A DNA stretch of 58,373 bases, the filler included, from Sphacelaria rigidula (Eukaryota): assembly GCA_964200075.2 (NCBI GenBank). It is 10 parts of 10 records of this genome, joined end to end, with 100 filler letters (N's around TTAATTAATTAA, not from the genome) between each part and the next. Parts side by side here need not be neighbours in the genome. Positions count along the whole stretch, not along the records: positions 46,780 to 52,526 come from CAXNAA020024776.1; positions 52,627 to 58,373 come from CAXNAA020024777.1; 8 more parts are not named here. One strand, written 5' to 3'. Below the pieces are notes generated by a model. That model saw only the letters and a program-made list of their open reading frames with translations. It ran no database searches and had not been told where the DNA came from. Positions 50,701 through 58,373 of this stretch are shown piece by piece. The position numbers were made by a program, and so were the translations under genes. Position 1 is the first letter of the stretch. Each line of letters begins with the position of its first letter.

Positions 50701-51475
50701 TGCTGTTCGTGTTCTTGTGTTATTATCTTCGCAATTTTGGTAAACGTGGGGTGGCAGCTCGGGGGCGTGCGCTTCCCGAGTAGTACAGCAGCGGAACACG
50801 ATTGCACCAAGTTTCGCAGGAACAGCATCATGTCAACACCGACCACTCACAGGCTTCAATAAATGTTATATAGTACATTTCATATGAGCCAGGTCGTCGT
50901 TTTTAGGTGACGCGTGCATTTTTCTTTGATATGATTCGCCCGATTACGGTCCAGTTCTTACGCATTCTAGCGTTCGTGATCCATTTTCCCGAAATATAGT
51001 ACCCAAATTCGGGCCCCAGTCCCACCCATAACAGTATCGAAACAGATGAGCAACATATTCGATACTGTATGCAGTACAGTTCTTGCCAATGTAATATATT
51101 GCCAGTATCCAGGGTGTGCTTATGAAGCAAGGAGCTTTTGGAGAAAAAAGTCGCGAACTCCTGCTGTCCTAAGCTTTTGCGACAAATAAAACCAAGAGAG
51201 AAATAGAGACAAGGGACAGAGGCGGAGGCAGAGACAAGGGACAGAGACACAGAGATAGACAGACAGAGACAGCCAGCCAGCCAGACAAACAGACAGACAG
51301 ACAAGTAGAGAGAGAGAGAGCAAGGGAGCAAGCGATATCTGAAAAAAATAAAGACAATAAGCTTCGCGGTCGGTCGAAAAGTTTTAACGCGTATCCCATG
51401 TGTCCCATGTATCTGTTCCGCTTCACACGTACGCGCGCGCATTGGTTCGGTTATTCGTACACTCATCTCTGGCAG

Positions 51476-51568
51476 GACATCTTGATCAAGAAAGGTATTG
51501 TGGAGAAGGATGACGTGCTTCGAGGGAAGGGAATCGACCCGGACGAGCTGCGTCTAGAGGAGGCAATC
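51476..51568 (+). CDS. Internal exon, possibly the N-terminal part of a phosducin-like protein
   Basis: cag|GAC...ATC|gtgagt, 93 nt. DILIKKGIVEKDDVLRGKGIDPDELRLEEAI resembles PhLP2 'W.DIL.KKGI'. The exon is well supported; the product call is tentative. Confidence 0.55.
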
Positions 51569-51606
51569 GTGAGTCGTCGCCCCGCCCCGCCCCGCTCCGC
51601 TCCGTA

Positions 51607-51937
51607 CCCCCGTTTCATTTTTGGATCGGTTGATTGCATTCGATTTGAGTATCCATTGATTGTCGCACCATGAAAACCCTTGCAGGCGAGAGTAGGTCAT
51701 CTGTTGAATCGGCTTTGATTTCACTTGACAGAAGTATCTATGACCAAGTTCCCCCGTTTCAATTTCGATCGGTTGATATCCATTCGATTAGAGTGATTGG
51801 TTTCGTAAGATGGTTGTCGTACAATAACCCCTAGACGGCGAGGAGAGTAGGCCCTCTGTTGAATCGGTGTAAATTTCACCTGAAAAGAAGTATGCCTGAT
51901 TCACATAGACTACCCTCGCGGTCTACGTAAGGGTTAA
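51607..51937. repeat. Tandem duplication containing the piggyBac-type MITE
   Basis: CCCCGTTTCA.TTT.GATCGGTTGAT...TCTGTTGAATCGG...TTTCAC.TGA twice; ends CTCGCGGTCTACGTAAGGG|TTAA. Confidence 0.65.
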
Positions 51938-52626
51938 CTGATCATCCATCTCTGAGGGACACCCGGCCGTGTGCATGTTCACAAGTAGACGTACGTACGT
52001 ACGTACTCACAAGGTGAAAAAAAAACAGAAAGGAAACAAACACTTGATGTTTTGTTTTGTTTTTTCAAGTGGAGGAGAAGAAAACAGAAAAAAGTGGGTG
52101 ATTAAAAAAGCACAACCAACGTGGAGTAGTGGAGAGTGAAGGGAAATAAGAGGGAAAAAGATCGATGAAAAAACAAAACAAACGGAGTGAACTTGAAAAT
52201 AACAAAAAATAACGATGAACACAAAGACGAAGAGAATTAAAAAAAACAGGCAGGGAAGGAAAGCTTGTTTTTATCGCTTCAAGAAAAAATATATATAGAT
52301 ATATAAATATACAAGCCGTTCAGGACCGGGGCGGTAGCCCCGGTCCCGTCCGTCTTCTTGGAGGGTCGCGGTATTCATGTCGTGCCAAGCTCTCGTCAAA
52401 AATGATTAATGCGTCGGACGAGTCATTACTCGACGAAACGAGTGCACTCGTCGATGTTTTTTGAAAACATAACGAGCATGACTCGTGTGCTCGAGTCATT
52501 ATATTCCGCCCCGGTCCCGTCCGTCTNNNNNNNNNNNNNNNNNNNNNNNNNNNNNNNNNNNNNNNNNNNNTTAATTAATTAANNNNNNNNNNNNNNNNNN
52601 NNNNNNNNNNNNNNNNNNNNNNNNNN

Positions 52627-52721
52627 CCTCCTGTGTGACCCCGGCTGACGCCCCCACATATCCCGAAAGGGGTAGACTGGCGCCGAGAATAAATGGGACG
52701 ACAACGCACACACAACACATT
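52627..52721 (+). mobile_element. SINE family A 3' tail
   Basis: CCTCCTGTGTGACCCCGGCTG...GGGTAGACTGGCG...ATGGGACGACAAC.CACAC. Confidence 0.8.
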
Positions 52722-54787
52722 CTGGAAGAGAAGTCCTCCCCAAAACCAAGATTTCAAAATATTGTTCATTTCAGAGAACAATGTGACTTCCTTTCGGACA
52801 TCAAATATTTCGAGACGAGAAGAGTTGAAACCAAAAATGAGCAACAGTCGTGATCTGCTTGTGTGTGTCGGTGCGATACGCGCAGCGTGCGTGTGAAAAT
52901 TTCAGGTTGTAACTAGTACAAACCAGGAGGGAACGGGAGAAACGTAATATATTTGTCAACTATTATAACTACTTTCCCATGGCTGCGAAGAGATGCGGAA
53001 AGTTGTGGCCACGTGCTCATTCGAAACACAACACCAAACATACGACATTTGTTCCTTGTGCTCTACAAACAGTCGGGGAAATTTGTTTCTTTGGAACAGC
53101 TCCCCCTCTAAAATAATACCCAACGCGAGGTACGATTACGCCAACAGGTCGACCCCATAGTACGTGCGGCGCAATCCTAAGCCCGACCCCAACCCGAGCG
53201 ACACCGAGAACCCTCAGGCAAGAAACAAGTATGCAATGCCGTGGATAGAGAGTGCGCTAGTAGAGCTCATATCGGTGCCTCAGCATCGATTACAGCGAAA
53301 ACGCGTCCTGCATACGCTGATATGCACCTACCTGGGACTGTGTCAGCACCCACAAGATCCGAGCGTGACATTCTTTACTGAAACCTCTTCTGTTCAAACC
53401 ATGCAATTCGTCTACCAGCTCGCGCAAACTCTGCCACTAGCTTGGGTAAACTCTTACTCTACTGCCCATGAATGTTCACATACCTCGAGTTGAGAATTGA
53501 AAACAAAAAAGGGAAACTCTCACGACCTTTGTACTGCAAGTGTGCAAGTGTGCAAGTGTGCACACGCCTGTGAGGGCAATGTCTTCGCAAAATATAAGTT
53601 GTTCAGAAATCGAAGTCAAAATCGAAATCGGAAGTCTTTTTGAGTGCTGCGATTGGCGCCAGGCTCTGAAGAGCAAAAACTACTTTCGATTTTTACTGCA
53701 CTAGGAACATCCCACCGACACCTCGAAATCGAAAAGTTGTTCGAAAAGCGGCGTAAGGCTGCTTCGGGTGCTACGAAATTATCACTTTTGCTCAAAACTT
53801 CGGCTTGTTTTCACACAGTTTTTCCAACACCGTTTCTTCTGGGACCTTTTCCCTGAAAGTTTGCCTGATATATATATATTGAGTCAATAAAAGCCATTTC
53901 TAGTACAATCATTTAAGAGTCACCCCCACGTTTTAATCCGGATCAGAGATATTTGAAAAAACGATTCAGCTAAAGATGCTGCCATAAGCACGCGGCGGGC
54001 TAGGAATATGGAGTCTGGAGACTGTATAAACTAAGACGAGCTCACCATAGCAGCTGTGCACGACTTCACAGCAATGATGTCATAGCGACAGGATGAATCA
54101 GATTGGTCATCGCTGACGATATCACATTGTTGATAACAAGGAATCACCGGGGACTGGCAGTGACAGAACTTCGACAACGGCGTGTAGCTTACTTCGGCGC
54201 TGCGCCCTACCCTCGCGATGCGGCGTGCCTGAGCCTGAGGACTAGTGCCATAGTTCCTCTGCGCCACACGATGTTTATGCCGTTCTACCTTCTTCACTGT
54301 TTTGTGTGATCTGCAAAATCCGTAGTACATAAGCAAGTACAACCCCGCCTCCGAAAAGCCACTCCTGCCAATTGGCGGGCGAAACCATTACAAGTAGAGA
54401 AGAAAATGTGTAAAACAAATCATCACAACCATTTTTCTCAGGTTATTACATTTCTCAAACGGCGTAAGAAGCGGCCTAAGAAGCTTTGAAGCTTAGAAGC
54501 TTAGGAGCTTGCCTGAACCACTGGGACCTCACCGACGGTCAGTGTGAGCTTGCCCTGACCAACATGTGATCAACAACTATGGAGATGCAGTATCGCGCAC
54601 AGACACTTACAATAGAACGCGCACACATCCACAGACAGCCTGAATCTACCTACTCTACCTACTACAATGCAATGAGCTTAGATCGAGTGTACAAACAATT
54701 GCAATCGTGTGAACATTACGCCCCGAAGTATGCCATTTTGACACAATTTGCACTGTGCGTTCCCCCGAAAAAGGACACTGCAGCCTC

Positions 54788-54841
54788 ATTTGTCTACATT
54801 TGTCTACATTTGCTGACATTTGCTGACATTTGCTGACATTG
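54788..54841. repeat. 10-bp minisatellite, about five copies (CATTTGTCTA / CATTTGCTGA)
   Basis: Seen directly in the sequence. Confidence 0.9.
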
Positions 54842-56754
54842 ACGGATCAGAGATCGAAGCCAAAACAAGCCTGCCATATCGTTCCGTTCCCGGTTGAATA
54901 AGACCTGCCGTGCGGGCTATCGAGCACCGTGGGGAGGGCAGAGCAAGATTCATGGTCAGCATCTGAGCTCCTTGGATCGGCTATGGTTTGTCAACCGTTG
55001 ATTGATGTCGTACGCCTGTGAAGCGACTTCGCTGCGGGTGCCGGTATTCCCAGATCTGTACATCGAAATCGAAATCGAATACGATTTCGATCTCATTTTT
55101 TTTTTCTTCATATTAACCCTTTTGGAACTCACGAAAAACAGTACAGAGTCCCATATGCGAGCTTTCGTCACCGGAAACGCGTCACTTCAAGTTCGGCGCA
55201 CGATTTTGTCACATAAGTATACGTAAACTTGAAGTGGTGCACCGTTTTGGGGGGCTGCATCATCCGCAGTTACAGAAGAATAACCATACCTTGCCCAAAA
55301 AAACGTCACTTGTGAATCGTCATTTTTCCATCAACGGTTCCAAAAGGTTTAATAAGACTCGCCCTGTGTCCGCTTCTTGCGCTTAAAAAATATAACATCT
55401 ATAAAGAAGCCTATTTTGGTGATTCAGAAACGATTTTCGCCGGAATACGAGGCTCAGCCGATTGTGCTTGTTCGGAAATACTTTCTGTGCTCTCCGAGAG
55501 GATTCTAACGAACTTTTCCCATATTTCGTGTACCCAGTTTGACTTCTGGCCGGGAGATACTTTCTCAAATAATCCGAGAATAAACGTGTGCCTCTCCGAT
55601 CGGCATGGATACTCTGCGGGAACTCGAAAGTTTATTGTGGGTTATTTGAGAAACCGTTTGTCCGGCCAAAAGTCAAACAATGGGTAAGAAAATTGGGAAA
55701 GTGCGCTGGAATCCACTCGCGGCGTACAGCAAGTTTTGCGAGGTGGCACGATCAATTCGTTAATCCGCATATTCCATTGGAAGCGCCTCAAACCATCGAC
55801 CAAAAGTGACGGGAAGTGGGAAAATCTGTTATTGTTTCATCTACAGGTGTTTTGCTTTGTTCATATATTATGCAAAAATGCCTTGAACATCACGATGTGT
55901 GAAAACTTCGGATATTTCAGAACATTTTCATTGCTTCTCGGCTAACCTTTTGTTGATTTTCGACTTTCATAGACCGTTTTTTGGAGCCGTTCTACACGGT
56001 GGAAGTTCTGTCCGTCAATGTTTTCGATCCCGACGACTTTCTGAATCGGAAATGGATCTTCCAACGTTCCATTCTAAACGACGAACCCCCGTGCAGGACG
56101 AGGGTCTGTAGATTGTTGTTCCGACTCCATTAAATCTGTATGCATGTTCCGAATCGGAAATGGGAACGAAAAACGCGATGGAAAACAGGTCGTGAAACTT
56201 GCCACACATATATTCACATATTTCGGAAAGTCCTCATGGGAAGTGGTCAGAATCCGCAATGTTCGGCAAAATGGCCATTTTTCTCTCGTTTAGAACGGCC
56301 CTTTTGAAGATGGGAAAACATGCAATTGGAATTTTAAGTTTTGGGACATTTGATACCGCTTGTTACCCCAAAACAGGGAATACCAACACGACCGTTTTTC
56401 CATCGTTCAGAACGGTCCTTGCAGGGGTGGGAAAAAACGCGATTAGAGATTGAAGTTATGGGACATTTGATGGAGTTATGGGACATTTGATGCCATTTTT
56501 GACGCCAAAAGAACAGGAAATATCGACAATAAGTGTCTTCTTGGACACTGTGCATCGCCTCACGGAGAGGAGCCTAGCCCACTTTCTCGATCCGCTACAC
56601 TACAAATAAGTTGGGTAAGATGCGAGGACGATGTGGAAACGCCACAGACGCCACATTTTTTCAGGTTGAGTTGCATTTTTGCACACGCTGGACAATACAT
56701 TATGTTTTTAATGTATATTAATCGATCATATTGGAATTTTTCCATATACTGCCG

Positions 56755-58295
56755 GCGTAATTTATATTGGTATCCTTGGACTGCACACGTATTGCGCGCT
56801 CAATATATATATATATATATACATATTGATTTTGTGGGACTGCATCCATATCGCCCGCCCAATATATATATATATATATATATATTGGTACCGTGGGATT
56901 GCACACATGTTGTACCATCAATATATCTTGGGGCATTGTGAGCGACCACATATTGCACGGCTAATATATATTAGGGTCGCATTGGCGGGAACATATTGAC
57001 CGGTCAATTTATATTGGGGCCGCGTGGGTGCCAATATATTGGCCGGTCATTATATATTGGATATTATAAGTATGGTATACGCTTTGGAAAAGATCTAGAC
57101 GCGATGGATGCCGGAGCCCGTGCAAATTGGGAAAAGCTTTAAAGGAAGCCACGTAAGTTCGCGTGCATTGCTGTGGAGAGTTGTCGAATGCTTTTGATAT
57201 ATATATATTGACCAGAAAATATGGTGACAGAAGATCCTGTACATATGCCTCCTGATACCTATCTGGTCACCGGTGCGGGGCCGCCCATCCCCTTCACAGT
57301 ATGAAATATATCTTGGCTAAAAAGTACGATCGCAGAAAACGCGGGTCGATATGCGCCTTTTGGTACCCCTCTAGTCACCGGTGCTGTGTTGCTTATACCG
57401 TGGACAATACAATGTGTTCCAATATGATACCAGTACTTCATTTTGAAGACAGCGCAAATGTTGTCTTTTCAGAGTATATTTGTTGAGATATCCTCGGAGA
57501 CATTGAGGCAACAATACATATTTCTCGTGTCATGATCGTGAAATACTGCATGACAATATATATTCAACATTCATTTGCTCCGGGAACAAAACATTCAATA
57601 TATATTGTGCATGCTGGTCGTGTATGTATTGAAGTGCCAACATAAATTGAGCCGAAACGATGCTTAATATATTGTTACCATGATATATATTGAACAAAAA
57701 TCATGCAAAAATACTGTTTTTCCAATATATTGCGCATGCTCATCGCATAGCCGATGTGCAGCCAATATACATTGAACACGCTCGCGGAGGAATATATTGA
57801 GCGTTTTGGGCATCTCGTGATACATCTTTCAATGGCGCCCGCGAACATAAAACTGCCCAACATACTATTTCCAATACGCTTTCCAATATACATGTCCAAT
57901 CATCAATATATATTGCTACACCAATATGTATTGCGACGGCCGATTTCCTCGTGTATTGTCCGCCCACTTTATATTGGAGGCATTGACGCACGGCAAATTG
58001 GGACGGCAATGTATATTGGCGCTTCAGGTGTTGAGCATATTGAATCCTCAATGTATATTGACCTCGTGTGGCAGCCAATATATGACTCGACAAATATACA
58101 TTGGCGCCTTACCGTACCAACATGTTATTCGGCCTATATATATTGAGGTGGCGCGTGTGGTAATAAATTGTTCGGTCGATATATATTGCATGTCGCAAGC
58201 CTTGACATATTGATGGCACGATATATGTATATGTATATATATATATTGACCTGTCTCTCGCGCCATCATATTGCTCGCCGCATATATATTGACCA
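56755..58295. repeat. Dense array of CAATATAT / ATATATTG motifs
   Basis: Dozens of motif copies in both orientations with variable spacers; no credible ORF. Confidence 0.75.
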
Positions 58296-58373
58296 CCCGA
58301 CGCATCATTAGAGGGAAATGTACCAATTAAGATACGCTTAAGGCACCTGGCGGGGAAAACTCTATATCTTGGG

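Noticed and set aside
5749..52626. Regularly spaced TTAATTAATTAA motifs between N runs, roughly every 5.85 kb
   Set aside because: These are artificial six-frame-stop linkers joining size-sorted contigs. Adjacency between contigs has no biological meaning.
54046..54310. Two exon-like segments on the minus strand with GT-AG signals
   Set aside because: The implied intron is only about 36 nt and the peptide resembles nothing I recognise.

Overview
The window is not one locus. It is ten unrelated contigs of about 5,747-5,748 bp, joined by an artificial 100-bp linker (44 N + TTAATTAATTAA + 44 N). The contigs are 1-5748, 5849-11596, 11697-17444, 17545-23291, 23392-29138, 29239-34985, 35086-40832, 40933-46679, 46780-52526 and 52627-58373. 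The DNA is eukaryotic, with short GT-AG exons, long repeat-filled introns and about 50% GC; this style suggests a brown alga or related stramenopile (inference). Splice-reconstructed host gene fragments are a homomeric acetyl-CoA carboxylase (4 exons, contig 1), serine O-acetyltransferase (4 exons, contig 3), ubiquitin-activating enzyme E1 (3 exons, contig 6) and a few orphan exons. Contigs 2 and 7 hold overlapping, degenerate copies of one Ty3/Gypsy LTR retrotransposon family. The rest is a dense set of non-autonomous elements: two tRNA-derived SINE families, a (TCAA)n-tailed retroposon, and MITEs with TA, TTAA, 2-, 4- and 8-bp target duplications, often nested. The two most unusual signals are both in the Gypsy family. 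Its integrase carries a chromodomain followed by a second Tudor/PWWP-like module, and a 248-bp MITE sits in frame and stop-free in its protease region. No prokaryotic defence system, CRISPR array or viral insert is visible.
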